Positions 8,744 to 18,240 of a DNA stretch of 64,000 bases are shown one piece after another. Each line of letters opens with the position of its first letter. The first letter of the stretch is position 1. A program made the translations under genes and the position numbers. The notes under the pieces are model-generated. The model made no database searches and was not told where the DNA came from. It saw nothing but the letters and a program-made list of their open reading frames with translations. Source of the stretch: an uncultured Bacilli bacterium. GTDB lineage: Bacteria; Bacillota_I; Bacilli_A; RF39; UBA660. Location: positions 61,043-125,042 of the forward strand of contig CAJTZY010000002.1 in assembly GCA_910584085.1 (NCBI GenBank). The letters are read 5' to 3'.

Positions 8744-9283
8744 ATGAATGAAAAACTAATTGAAAAATCTATTTATGAATTATTAATAGCGTTAGGAGAA
8801 AATCCAAATAGAGATGGTTTAAAAGAAACACCTAAAAGGGTTGCTAAAATGTATTCTGAAATTTTAAATTATCCAGAATTTAACTATACTGCATTTGAGA
8901 ATAAATATGATGATTTGGTTATTGTAAAGAATATTGAATTTTGTTCAATGTGTGAACATCACTTAATGCCATTTTATGGTGTTGCGCATATAGCATACAT
9001 TCCAAATCATAAAATTATAGGGTTAAGCAAACTTGCAAGAGTTGTTGAGAAACATGCAAGAAGACTACAAGTTCAAGAGAGAATGACAGAAGATATTTTT
9101 AATGACTTAAAGGAAAATCTTAATACTGCAAATATTGCAATTTATATTGAGGCCAAGCATATGTGTATGATTGCCAGAGGCGTAAAAAAGGAACTAACTA
9201 GTACAGTTACTGTAAAATTAGATGGTGAATTTAAAAGTAACAAAAAAAACGATTTTTACTTTCTGATTGGCAAGGGGATTTAA
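8744..9283 (+). CDS. folE: GTP cyclohydrolase I
   Basis: FCSMCEHHLMPFYG...GLSKLARVVE, the FolE zinc-site and active-site signature. 179 aa. Confidence 0.9.
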   Translation: MNEKLIEKSIYELLIALGENPNRDGLKETPKRVAKMYSEILNYPEFNYTAFENKYDDLVIVKNIEFCSMCEHHLMPFYGVAHIAYIPNHKIIGLSKLARVVEKHARRLQVQERMTEDIFNDLKENLNTANIAIYIEAKHMCMIARGVKKELTSTVTVKLDGEFKSNKKNDFYFLIGKGI

Positions 9284-9284
9284 A

Positions 9285-10262
9285 ATGAATTATGAACAAT
9301 ATATGGAAATTGCTTTAAAAGAAGCAGAAAAAGGTGTTCAATTAGGGGAACAACCATATGGGGCTGTATTAGTTGCTGATGGTAAAATTGTTTCTGCCGC
9401 ACACAATGAAGTAATATCATCAAGAAATTATTTAAATCATTCAGAGATAGTAGCAATAAACAAGTATTTAGGGACTATGCAAAGTAAACCAAAAGATTTA
9501 ACTTTGGTTACTACTTGTGAACCTTGTGTAAAGTGCTTTGGAACTGCAATCAAATTAGGTGTAAATAGATTTGTTTATGGCTCAAGTCTAGAAACAGCGA
9601 TTGGTTATGGTTCAAACGACATTAATCTATGTCTTGATGATTTTAAATCAATATATAATATTGAAATTATTGGTGGTGTTCTTAAAGATAAATGTGATAT
9701 GTTGCTAGAACGCTTTTATTTAAGAGATAATATTGTTACATACTCTAGTGGAAATAATGAAGAAATTTTTTGGATGAATAAGGCCTTAGAAATAGGAAAA
9801 AGTGGTATGATTGAAAAAGGAGAATTACCAATAGGTGTTATTTTAGTAGCGGGTAAAAGGATATTAAGTAAGACTTGTACAATGACATATACACTTAATT
9901 CTCCTATTACGCATGGCGATTTTATGGCATTATATGATGCCCAAAGAGAAGTATATTCGGTAAATTGTGAAAGACCCCTAGTTTTATATAGTACACTTGA
10001 ACCGCATTTATTAGGTTTTGGAGCAGCAATAAAATGTAAAGTTGATAAGGTTGTTTTCGGTCTTGAAGCAATACCTGATGGAGGTTCTTGCTATTTACCA
10101 TATATAGTTGGAATTAAGGAAAGAATACCAAAAGTAGTTGGTGGTGTTTTAAGAGAAAATCAATATAAATTGATGAAAGAATTTTTAGCTACACATGATG
10201 AAAATCGCGTTGGATATGCATATGCAAAAAAGCTTGTTAAGTTATATGAAAGTGAGAAATAG
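9285..10262 (+). CDS. tandem cytidine/deoxycytidylate-deaminase-fold protein (active TadA/GuaD-like N-domain plus degenerate second domain)
   Basis: N-domain carries HSE...CEPCVKC (H[AS]E and PCxxC zinc motifs). The C-domain has TLEPH...AAIKC in place of the zinc ligands. Start moved to ATG 9285, which has a GGGGA RBS; the ORF-track start at 9267 lies inside folE. Confidence 0.7.
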   Translation: MNYEQYMEIALKEAEKGVQLGEQPYGAVLVADGKIVSAAHNEVISSRNYLNHSEIVAINKYLGTMQSKPKDLTLVTTCEPCVKCFGTAIKLGVNRFVYGSSLETAIGYGSNDINLCLDDFKSIYNIEIIGGVLKDKCDMLLERFYLRDNIVTYSSGNNEEIFWMNKALEIGKSGMIEKGELPIGVILVAGKRILSKTCTMTYTLNSPITHGDFMALYDAQREVYSVNCERPLVLYSTLEPHLLGFGAAIKCKVDKVVFGLEAIPDGGSCYLPYIVGIKERIPKVVGGVLRENQYKLMKEFLATHDENRVGYAYAKKLVKLYESEK

Positions 10263-10267
10263 GTACT

Positions 10268-10882
10268 ATGGATTTTGATTATTTTTATTCTAAACAGAAA
10301 AATTATTTTGGTGAAGAGCCATCTGATGGACTTGTTGAAATGATAGAGAAATATAATGTAAATATTGGTAGTGCGTTAGATATTGGTGCTGGTGAAGGAA
10401 GAAATTCAATTTATCTTGCAAAGCTTGGTTTTAATGTAACTTCCATAGAGCCAACGAAAGATGGATCTAATAAAATTATAGAAAAATCAAAAAAATTAGG
10501 TTTGAATATTAATGTATTAAACTGTGATTATCTTTCAGAAAGTTTAAATAAGGAATATGATTTTATTATTGCTGGAACCTCTCTTGATCATATGGAGAAG
10601 GAATATCTAGATTTAGCAATAAATAAATTGAAAAATAGTCTAAAGGATAAGGGCGTAGTATATATTGTTGTATTTACTAAGGATGATCCTGGTTATTTAA
10701 AACAATATAATACTGCTAGTGAATGTTCAACATTTATTAATCATTATTTTTCACATAATGAGTTAAAAAATTATTTTAATGATTTTGAAATTCTATTTTA
10801 TAATGAATATATAAAACCAGATAACACACATGGAACGCCACATGTTCATGGTAAAGCAAAATTAATAGCAAGGAAAAAATAA
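10268..10882 (+). CDS. class I SAM-dependent methyltransferase (TehB-like)
   Basis: LDIGAGEGRNSIYLAKLG (motif I). About 200 aa. Confidence 0.7.
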   Translation: MDFDYFYSKQKNYFGEEPSDGLVEMIEKYNVNIGSALDIGAGEGRNSIYLAKLGFNVTSIEPTKDGSNKIIEKSKKLGLNINVLNCDYLSESLNKEYDFIIAGTSLDHMEKEYLDLAINKLKNSLKDKGVVYIVVFTKDDPGYLKQYNTASECSTFINHYFSHNELKNYFNDFEILFYNEYIKPDNTHGTPHVHGKAKLIARKK

Positions 10883-10883
10883 T

Positions 10884-11351
10884 ATGGAATATGAAATATT
10901 GCATCAAAAAATTATAGAATTACTTTCTAAAACTAATTATGTTGTACTTGCAACATCAAGCTTAGATGGAGTAGTATCTGCAAGTAAAATGTGTATGATA
11001 TCTAAGGGAACAACTGTTTATTTTCAAACAAGTTTAGGTTTTGAAAAAACAAAAAATATTATGGAAAATCCTAATGTTGCTATTACAATAAACAATATTT
11101 ATTTTAAAGGACAAGCAGCAATTGTAGGCACTCCATCAAGTAATGAATATTTTGTTAATCAAATGAAAATTAAACATTATAAAACATATGAAAATTATAC
11201 TAATCTCCCTAATCAGATTTTAATTGAAGTTAAACTTACTGAATGTAGATTATGGGGAATATGGAATGGTGAAGAGTCAATAAAAATACTAGATTTAAAT
11301 AATAAACAATTAACTAAAATAAAATGTGATAACTTAAAGGGTGGTTATTAA
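10884..11351 (+). CDS. pyridoxamine-5'-phosphate-oxidase-like FMN-binding protein
   Basis: 155 aa with a PNPOx-like split-barrel pattern (YVVLATSSLDGVVSASKM...). Confidence 0.55.
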   Translation: MEYEILHQKIIELLSKTNYVVLATSSLDGVVSASKMCMISKGTTVYFQTSLGFEKTKNIMENPNVAITINNIYFKGQAAIVGTPSSNEYFVNQMKIKHYKTYENYTNLPNQILIEVKLTECRLWGIWNGEESIKILDLNNKQLTKIKCDNLKGGY

Positions 11352-11378
11352 TTTGAAATTAATAAAGGGGATAATAAT

Positions 11379-11843
11379 ATGAAAAGTGTAATAGAAAAAT
11401 TAAAAGAAAAAAATAAAACAATAAGTACAATGGAATCTTGTACTGGTGGGGGTGTTGCAAATAGTATTACTAATATAGAAGGGGCTAGTGAAGTACTTAA
11501 ATTTAGTGCTGTTACATACTCTAATGAATTTAAAATTAAAATGGGTGTAAGTAGTGATATTATTGATAAATATAGTGTTTATAGTATGGAAACTGCAATG
11601 GAAATGAGCAAAAATATAAGTAAATTTACAGGTTCTAATTATGGAGTAGGTATCACTGGTAAATTAAATAGAGTGGATATTAATAACTTATATGGTAGTG
11701 ATAATACTGTTTATATAAGTATATATGATAGAGATTCTGATAAATTTTATAATAATAAAATAGATGTAGATAAATCAAGCAGAAAAGAAAATAAAGAAAT
11801 AGTAATTAATTTAATTATAGAAAAATTATTAGAAATAGTATAG
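11379..11843 (+). CDS. pncC: CinA C-terminal-domain protein, NMN amidohydrolase (PncC-like)
   Basis: TMESCTGGGVANSIT, the ESCTGG signature of the CinA/PncC deamidase domain. Confidence 0.75.
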   Translation: MKSVIEKLKEKNKTISTMESCTGGGVANSITNIEGASEVLKFSAVTYSNEFKIKMGVSSDIIDKYSVYSMETAMEMSKNISKFTGSNYGVGITGKLNRVDINNLYGSDNTVYISIYDRDSDKFYNNKIDVDKSSRKENKEIVINLIIEKLLEIV

Positions 11844-11852
11844 GAGAATAAT

Positions 11853-13391
11853 ATGGGAAATGAAATGTTGTCACTTAAAAGAATATTAAATAGATATGAA
11901 TACTTGAAAGATAGGAAAATAGGATTTCCTTATATTGGTTCTAGGAGTGATGGTGAGTCATTTTCTAAAGAAGTAAAAAAGGTTGCAGATGGATTTGAAC
12001 TTTATGATAGTTTAATCTCTACTTTAAATAATGATTATACAAGTGAGATAAATTTAACAAGTGGAAATCCTATGAAATATAAACCTTTTCCACCTGCTAT
12101 AAAGCAAATTTATAATGTTTTAAATGGAACAAAACTTAATAAATATCCTTATTCAGAGGGTGATGATAGGGTAAGAATAGAACTTTTAAAATATATTGAA
12201 CAGGAAGGGTTTATAAACACAAATCCATATAAGTATGACGATATAGATGAAAAAGGATTATCAATTCATAATTTAACATTTACTGTTTCAACTTCACATG
12301 CTTTTGGTCTTGTTCTTGATATAATTGCTAGACCACACGATGTTGTACTTATGACTGGTCCAAATTATGGTTTATTTGGATTCAAACCTGAAAGAATAAA
12401 TGCTAAAGTTGAAGTTATTGCTTTAGAAGAAGAGGATAATTATTTAGTAAATCCTAAAAAGTTAGAAAATAGGATAATGGAAATAAATTTAAATCTTGAA
12501 AAAAGTTATAAGGGTAAACTTGATTATACACCTCAAGTTGTTGCATTTGTAAATAGTAATCCTTGTAATCCAACTGGTAAAGTAATGGGTCAAAATGAAA
12601 CAAATATTTTAACTGGAATAGGTAATGTTTGTGCAAAATTAGGTGTATTTGTCATAGATGATTTAGTTTATAGAGATTTAACATATAATAAAGACAATAT
12701 TGCAAAACCAATAGCTACGATAGACGGAATGTTTAAAAATACAATATCTTTATTTGGATTATCAAAAGCATATGGTCTTGCAGGACTTAGAGCAGGATTT
12801 GTGGTTGCTGATGAAGTAATAATAAGAGAAATGATAAATAGGATATTTCAGGAGATAGATGCTGTACCATCTATAATAGGAGAAGCATTAAAAGGGGCTT
12901 TTAACGTCTCTAATAAAAGAAATATAGAATATAATAAATACTTTACCAAATTAAATAAAGAGTATGAATTTAGATATAATATTTTGAAAGCTTTTGTTAA
13001 TGGAATAGATAGTATAAAGAATAGTAGTTTAAGGAATGAAGTTTATAAATATATTAAAAAGAATATATTAGATAAAAAAGACTTATATATTTTAAAAAAT
13101 GGAATAGATAATATAGAAATAAGGAGTTCTTTAGAACCACAATCAGGATTTTTTGCCATAATTGATTTTACTAAAATTAAGGGTAAAAAATATCATGATA
13201 GGGTAATTTTAACAGAAGAAGATTTAATTAAATTTTTCTATAATGAAATAAAACTTAGATTTATAATTGGAAAGTCTATGTTGTGGCCAAATGAGGAGGA
13301 TCTTATTGGAAGAGTTACATTTGCTAAGGAAAGAAAAGATATTATTAAATACTGTTTAGCAATTAATGATGCCTTAAAAAAATTAAATTAA
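11853..13391 (+). CDS. PLP-dependent aminotransferase class I/II with extended termini
   Basis: NPCNPTG and SKAYGLAGLRAGF (lysine-PLP region SKxxxxxGxRxG). 512 aa. Confidence 0.75.
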   Translation: MGNEMLSLKRILNRYEYLKDRKIGFPYIGSRSDGESFSKEVKKVADGFELYDSLISTLNNDYTSEINLTSGNPMKYKPFPPAIKQIYNVLNGTKLNKYPYSEGDDRVRIELLKYIEQEGFINTNPYKYDDIDEKGLSIHNLTFTVSTSHAFGLVLDIIARPHDVVLMTGPNYGLFGFKPERINAKVEVIALEEEDNYLVNPKKLENRIMEINLNLEKSYKGKLDYTPQVVAFVNSNPCNPTGKVMGQNETNILTGIGNVCAKLGVFVIDDLVYRDLTYNKDNIAKPIATIDGMFKNTISLFGLSKAYGLAGLRAGFVVADEVIIREMINRIFQEIDAVPSIIGEALKGAFNVSNKRNIEYNKYFTKLNKEYEFRYNILKAFVNGIDSIKNSSLRNEVYKYIKKNILDKKDLYILKNGIDNIEIRSSLEPQSGFFAIIDFTKIKGKKYHDRVILTEEDLIKFFYNEIKLRFIIGKSMLWPNEEDLIGRVTFAKERKDIIKYCLAINDALKKLN

Positions 13392-13409
13392 AGAAAAGAA
13401 GGTAGTTTT

Positions 13410-14207
13410 ATGATAAAAAATATAAAGTTATTTATAAATAATAATGATGAATCTATTAAAACAGGAAAACTTATAAGAGATAAGTTTATTAAAAATGGAT
13501 TTATGATATCAGATAAAGTATGTGATTTAGCAGTTGCAATAGGTGGAGATGGAGCATTCCTTAGAATGATAAAAAATACTAATTTTAATAGTGATACATA
13601 TTATGTAGGAATTAATTCTGGAACTCTCGGATTTTTACAAGAGGTTAAAGTAGATGAAATAGATAATTTTATAAATGAATTAAAAAATGAAGATTATAAA
13701 ATAGAAGAAATAGGTATACAAGAGACAACTATTAATCATGAAAATAGTTCATCTAAATTTTATTCATTAAATGAAATTTTAATAAGAGATAAAAATTTAA
13801 AAACGGTTAAATTAGATATAAAAATAGATGGCGATTTACTTGAAAAATTTATAGGAGATGGAATACTTATAGCAAGTTCATCTGGTTCAACTGCTCATAA
13901 TTTAAGTTATGGAGGTAGTATCGTTTATAATACTTTTTCATCACTTCAAATAACTCCAATTGGTCCAATAAATTCTAAAGTATATAGATCACTTTTAAAT
14001 TCAGTAATAATACCAGATAAAAAAGTTATCGATATTATACCTGAGTTAGATAAAAAAGATTTACTAGTAACAATAGATGGTGAAAATAATTATTATGATA
14101 ATGTTAGTAGTATTTCTACTAAAATAGATTCAAAAAAGATAAAATGTTTACGATTAAAACACTATAATTTTCCACAAAAGATAAATGAGAAATTGTTAAC
14201 TGATTAA
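13410..14207 (+). CDS. nadK: NAD+ kinase
   Basis: GGDGAFLRM, NSGTLGFL and DGILIASSSGSTAHNLSYGG, the NAD kinase motifs. Confidence 0.9.
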   Translation: MIKNIKLFINNNDESIKTGKLIRDKFIKNGFMISDKVCDLAVAIGGDGAFLRMIKNTNFNSDTYYVGINSGTLGFLQEVKVDEIDNFINELKNEDYKIEEIGIQETTINHENSSSKFYSLNEILIRDKNLKTVKLDIKIDGDLLEKFIGDGILIASSSGSTAHNLSYGGSIVYNTFSSLQITPIGPINSKVYRSLLNSVIIPDKKVIDIIPELDKKDLLVTIDGENNYYDNVSSISTKIDSKKIKCLRLKHYNFPQKINEKLLTD

Positions 14208-14223
14208 ATGTTATAATTAATTT

Positions 14224-14256
14224 GACATTTTTTTTAAATGTGGTATTATAGTATGC
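14224..14256 (+). promoter_or_regulatory. sigma-A promoter with extended -10 (TTGACA ... TGgTATTAT)
   Basis: TTGACA, 16-17-nt spacer, TGGTATTAT, about 25 nt upstream of the J-domain gene start. Confidence 0.55.
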
Positions 14257-14278
14257 AAAAAAAGGGGGGGGAATAGCA

Positions 14279-15607
14279 ATGACGAATGGTACTAGAAATT
14301 TTACTTATGATGGTAAAATGAATTATGAAAGGGCTAAAAAGGAATTAGAATTAAGCGACTCATTTACTGATAATGAATTAAAAAAAGCATATCATAAATT
14401 ATCATATAAGTATCACCCTGATTTAAATGGTATAACTGATGAAGAAAAATACTCTTTTTCTGAACATATGAAAGCAATCAATGATGCTTATAAATATTTA
14501 AAAAATCAAACTATTGAAAAATACAAAGAAGAAAAATTTGAACAGTTTGTTCATTCAATACACTGTCAATCATTAAAAGAAACAATTAAAATTAAATATT
14601 TAGGAAGTAAAGTAGCAAGTTTAATAATTGACTTAAGTACTTCATTTTCAATTGTAAAAAGTAAAGAAGAAGTAGATACTTTAATTAATAAAGCGTATAA
14701 AGATTTTGATGATATACTAGTATCTTTTGTAGATGAATTTTGTGAAAAAAATGGAATAACAAAACAAGATTTAAATATATGCTTTAATTTAACCTTGGAA
14801 TTGAAAAATAGAGATCCAAAACAATTATGTTTCAAATTAGATGATGCATTAAAAAAAATCAAAGAAATTAAAATAGAACAAATTATTCAAGGATATATAG
14901 GATATGCTGGATATGCAGATATTAAGGATAAAATTGATATATTAAAAAACCAAGCAATTAATTCGAAAGATAAAATAAATGAAATATTAAAAAAACTTAA
15001 ATGTAGTATTGATAAAACTTTTGAAAATTACTTTAATAATATTAAATTAAAAGATGAATTATCTAAAACTTATAAATCAGTTAATGGAGAGGAAGTATTA
15101 GGTTCATCAATTTTATCAGATTTAAGTAATATATATATTTCAAAAAGTGCTTTTATTAATGGTAGATCATTTTTTGTACAAAAAGGTAGTAAAATAAATG
15201 GTAAAATATATAGAGTAAATGGTAGTGATGTTTCATTACAAGGTGTTTTTATATATAAAGATTATATTTCATTAGCGGATGCTTTTGTTAATTTTAAAGA
15301 AGAAGACAAAATAACTTTTCATAGATTTTTAGAACATGGACCTATTTATGTAATATATAGTTTCGGTGATAGATATATTTGTTTTGAAGAAGATTCAAAT
15401 GGAGAAATTAGAGTAAAAATATATAGGTCTGATGAATTATCATTAGAAGATAGAAAAAACGAATTCATTAAAGATTTGTATAAAATTCAATATGAAAAAT
15501 ATACTAAAAATAAAATTAAATCTATATCAGAAATATTAAATAAAACTATAGATGAATATGAATTTGAAAATAAATCTATGGGGAAAAGAAAAATTTTAAG
15601 AAGATGA
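14279..15607 (+). CDS. J-domain (DnaJ-like) protein with a large C-terminal extension
   Basis: N-terminal KKAYHKLSYKYHPDLNG (HPD tripeptide). 442 aa. Confidence 0.7.
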   Translation: MTNGTRNFTYDGKMNYERAKKELELSDSFTDNELKKAYHKLSYKYHPDLNGITDEEKYSFSEHMKAINDAYKYLKNQTIEKYKEEKFEQFVHSIHCQSLKETIKIKYLGSKVASLIIDLSTSFSIVKSKEEVDTLINKAYKDFDDILVSFVDEFCEKNGITKQDLNICFNLTLELKNRDPKQLCFKLDDALKKIKEIKIEQIIQGYIGYAGYADIKDKIDILKNQAINSKDKINEILKKLKCSIDKTFENYFNNIKLKDELSKTYKSVNGEEVLGSSILSDLSNIYISKSAFINGRSFFVQKGSKINGKIYRVNGSDVSLQGVFIYKDYISLADAFVNFKEEDKITFHRFLEHGPIYVIYSFGDRYICFEEDSNGEIRVKIYRSDELSLEDRKNEFIKDLYKIQYEKYTKNKIKSISEILNKTIDEYEFENKSMGKRKILRR

Positions 15608-15620
15608 AAAACATTATAAT

Positions 15621-16193
15621 ATGTTGAAATTGGGGGAAAAAATGTTTATGGAAAAAATTATAAGATTAGATAATCCAAGTTATAAAAAAATTGATTATTC
15701 GGATTATGTGGGAGAAACTAAAAAAGAAATTTTAAAGCTAAAAAAGGAAATTATAAAAAAAATACCTAAGGAAAATATAGTAGGGTTATGCTGTACTTCT
15801 GGCTATGCTATGGGATACCTGGAAAATGATAAATCAGAAATACTTGATGAAGTACGTGAATATGTTGTTATAAGTGTCAAAGGTCTTTTAGTTGAAGGAT
15901 TTGCATTAGATAAATGTGCACACGTAGTTAATCAAGAATATCCAACATGCAGTGAGAATAATATATTGTTATTTCTACCACTTATTTGTATCGATAATAT
16001 GAAATATGAACAAAGAAAAAAGTATATTTCTAATTTGGAAAAATTGGGTTATATTGAATTACCACCATTTTTTGCTGAAAAAACAGAAAATGAATTAATA
16101 GAATTATTTGAAAATAATAAGTTCAAATCATTAGAAGAAGAAACACCTGAAAAAGTATCTACTGTTAAAGTTTCAAAAATACATTCTTTATAA
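15621..16193 (+). CDS. hypothetical protein (alternative start at 15642 has the better RBS)
   Basis: ORF with a GGGGGAA RBS before the ATG at 15642. Confidence 0.45.
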   Translation: MLKLGEKMFMEKIIRLDNPSYKKIDYSDYVGETKKEILKLKKEIIKKIPKENIVGLCCTSGYAMGYLENDKSEILDEVREYVVISVKGLLVEGFALDKCAHVVNQEYPTCSENNILLFLPLICIDNMKYEQRKKYISNLEKLGYIELPPFFAEKTENELIELFENNKFKSLEEETPEKVSTVKVSKIHSL

Positions 16194-16442
16194 TAATAAA
16201 ATTGAGAATGGAAAAAATTTTATGTCAAAATTAATTGAAAATACTAAATCTAGTATTAAGAAAAAATAGAGTAATCTATTTTTTTAATTATTGAAAAATA
16301 TAGATAATTTAAGAAATCGCCTTATTTAAAGGTATATTTGTAATATTTCTAGTTTAATTTACTACTAATTTACTACTTTACAAAAAAGAGCTTTGATATG
16401 TTTTGAAATAATTACAAGTTAAATAAAAACAATTAGCGAATA

Positions 16443-16637
16443 CTAATTGCTTTTTTTGTTTGATTTAACCTCTTTAAAATCTATATTCTTTATAGCAAAG
16501 TCTAGGCACTGACTTATGAGTTCATTTCTACTAATATTGATTTTGTTTGCAATTTTATCGAGTTCTTCTACTCTATAATCTTCAATTCTTATAGTAATGA
16601 CAATTTTATCACTTTTAACAGGTTGAAATCTTTTCAT
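16443..16637 (-). CDS. ribbon-helix-helix (CopG/Arc-like) DNA-binding protein
   Basis: MKRFQPVKSDKIVITIRIEDYRVEELDKIANKINISRNELISQCLDFAI, an RHH pattern. AAGGAGAGAGAGG RBS. A hairpin plus T-tract terminator lies at 16420-16450. Confidence 0.6.
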   Translation of the reverse strand: MKRFQPVKSDKIVITIRIEDYRVEELDKIANKINISRNELISQCLDFAIKNIDFKEVKSNKKSN

Positions 16638-16691
16638 TTGTCGCACCTCTCTCTCCTTACATATATATTGTAATCTTTTTATACTAGTAAT

Positions 16692-16708
16692 AATATGTTC
16701 AAAATTTG
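16692..16708. promoter_or_regulatory. perfect palindrome TGTTCAAAATTTGAACA in a divergent promoter region, putative RHH operator
   Basis: 8-bp inverted arms around a central A, sitting between the RHH gene (-) and the 16770 gene (+). Confidence 0.5.
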
Positions 16709-16769
16709 AACACAAATGCATTGCTGTTATCGGTATTTTGTGATAAAATTAGATATAAGGAGTGAGAAA

Positions 16770-17636
16770 ATGAAGTTTTTAGGTATTGAAATAAGCAAAA
16801 AATTGCTTATAGGAATTATTGCAAGTGTAGTTGTCGTAGGTGGTGGAGTTACGACGGGAATTATTTTAATGAATAATAAAGATAATCAGAGGCAAGAAGA
16901 AAAACAAAAAGATACTATATCATTGAAAGACGATTTAAAATTTGAAATCAATAGCGAAGTTAATTTATTATCTTTAGTTAGCGAAGATAACAAAGTAAAA
17001 ATATTAAGTGAAGACGAAACAATAGATACTTCTACTTTAGGCGAAAAAGAAATCACTATCAAATATGAAGTAGAAGAAAAAGAAGAAACAAAAACTTTTA
17101 AAATAACTATTGAAGATACACAAGCCCCTACTATTGAATATCAAAAAGAATTAAGCACAAATGTCGGAAGTAAAATTGATTTATTAAAAGGTGTTAAAGT
17201 TATTGATAATTCAAAAGAAGAAATTAAAGCCACTATTGAGGGCGATTATAATTTTGATAGCGAGGGAACATATAATCTGAAATATGTTGCAGTTGATAGT
17301 AGTAACAACAAGAAAGAAGAAGAATTTATTTTAAAAGTAAATAAACCCACTTGTAATCAAAAAAGTGGTAGTTGGAGTACATCAAAACCAAGTTCATTAT
17401 GTGAATATACTACAAAAAAATTAGTATGGCGTTGGCAATTATACGAAGATATGGACGGCAATTCTAATTGGGTATGGACAATAGATGTTAATTATAATGG
17501 TATGGTAGGAAGTGCCTTACCAAATCAAGTAAATAGTAGTTATGAAGAATATAAATATTTATCTACACAACCAAAAGAAACATACAACGATAACCAAGAA
17601 CACGAAAAATATATAACTGTTTATATTATTAAATAA
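16770..17636 (+). CDS. membrane-anchored protein with two Ig-like (DUF5011-type) repeats
   Basis: N-terminal TM segment IGIIASVVVVGGGVTTGIIL. Two roughly 70-aa repeats (ISLKDD...KITIEDTQAPTIEY / ...KATIEGDYNFDSEGTYNLKYVAVDSSNN). Confidence 0.6.
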   Translation: MKFLGIEISKKLLIGIIASVVVVGGGVTTGIILMNNKDNQRQEEKQKDTISLKDDLKFEINSEVNLLSLVSEDNKVKILSEDETIDTSTLGEKEITIKYEVEEKEETKTFKITIEDTQAPTIEYQKELSTNVGSKIDLLKGVKVIDNSKEEIKATIEGDYNFDSEGTYNLKYVAVDSSNNKKEEEFILKVNKPTCNQKSGSWSTSKPSSLCEYTTKKLVWRWQLYEDMDGNSNWVWTIDVNYNGMVGSALPNQVNSSYEEYKYLSTQPKETYNDNQEHEKYITVYIIK

Positions 17637-17716
17637 GTTAAAACAAGAAGTAGTATTTATAAATGTTTTAATAATAGATACTACTTTTATTTTGCAGAAT
17701 AGAAAGGAAAGTTTTT

Positions 17717-17932
17717 ATGTTAGAAAATATTTTTAAAATTTTAGGTGTTATAGGTTTTATTGCTATTTGCATGATGGCATTTGTTATTCCTAGTAACCCT
17801 TATGAAATTATCCCTAGTTATACTTATATGGGTTTTGATAAGCCTTTATGGCTATGTATTATACTTGGAGGAGGCTTTTTATACTTAATCATTTTGTATA
17901 GCATATATGATTTTATAAATAAGAGAATATGA
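17717..17932 (+). CDS. small membrane protein (2 TM)
   Basis: 71-aa hydrophobic ORF with an RBS. Confidence 0.5.
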   Translation: MLENIFKILGVIGFIAICMMAFVIPSNPYEIIPSYTYMGFDKPLWLCIILGGGFLYLIILYSIYDFINKRI

Positions 17933-18159
17933 AAATTATAGAAAAAGAAGTTAAACAAGAGGAAAATATTTATATATTTTATAATATTATTGAATTGTTA
18001 TATTTGCACTACCGTGATAAATTATCAAAAAAAATTATTACACAGTTATATAAATTATATAAAGAAGCTTTAAAAGAAATTGAAAAAGATTATGTAGATT
18101 TAGACATAATACAATGTGATTTAGTTGAAAAATTAAAATTTGAGGATACTAAAAAATAG
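17929..18159 (+). CDS. hypothetical protein
   Basis: 76-aa ORF overlapping the previous stop. Followed by the hairpin AAAAAATAGTGG...CCACTATTTTTTT (18149-18188). Confidence 0.45.
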   Translation: MKIIEKEVKQEENIYIFYNIIELLYLHYRDKLSKKIITQLYKLYKEALKEIEKDYVDLDIIQCDLVEKLKFEDTKK

Positions 18160-18240
18160 TGGATCATAACAAAGCCCACTATTTTTTTGTTAAATTATTT
18201 ATTTTTCCCCAAAACTTTTATATTTATGCGAAAATTTTTA

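Noticed and set aside
18149-18188. AAAAAATAGT / ACTATTTTTTT matches at 18151, 18178 and 24108 considered as terminal inverted repeats of the Tn916-like element
   Set aside because: The left pair forms a 12-bp-arm terminator hairpin for the 17929 gene. Such A/T 11-mers are expected by chance in this composition. Element ends are therefore left undefined.
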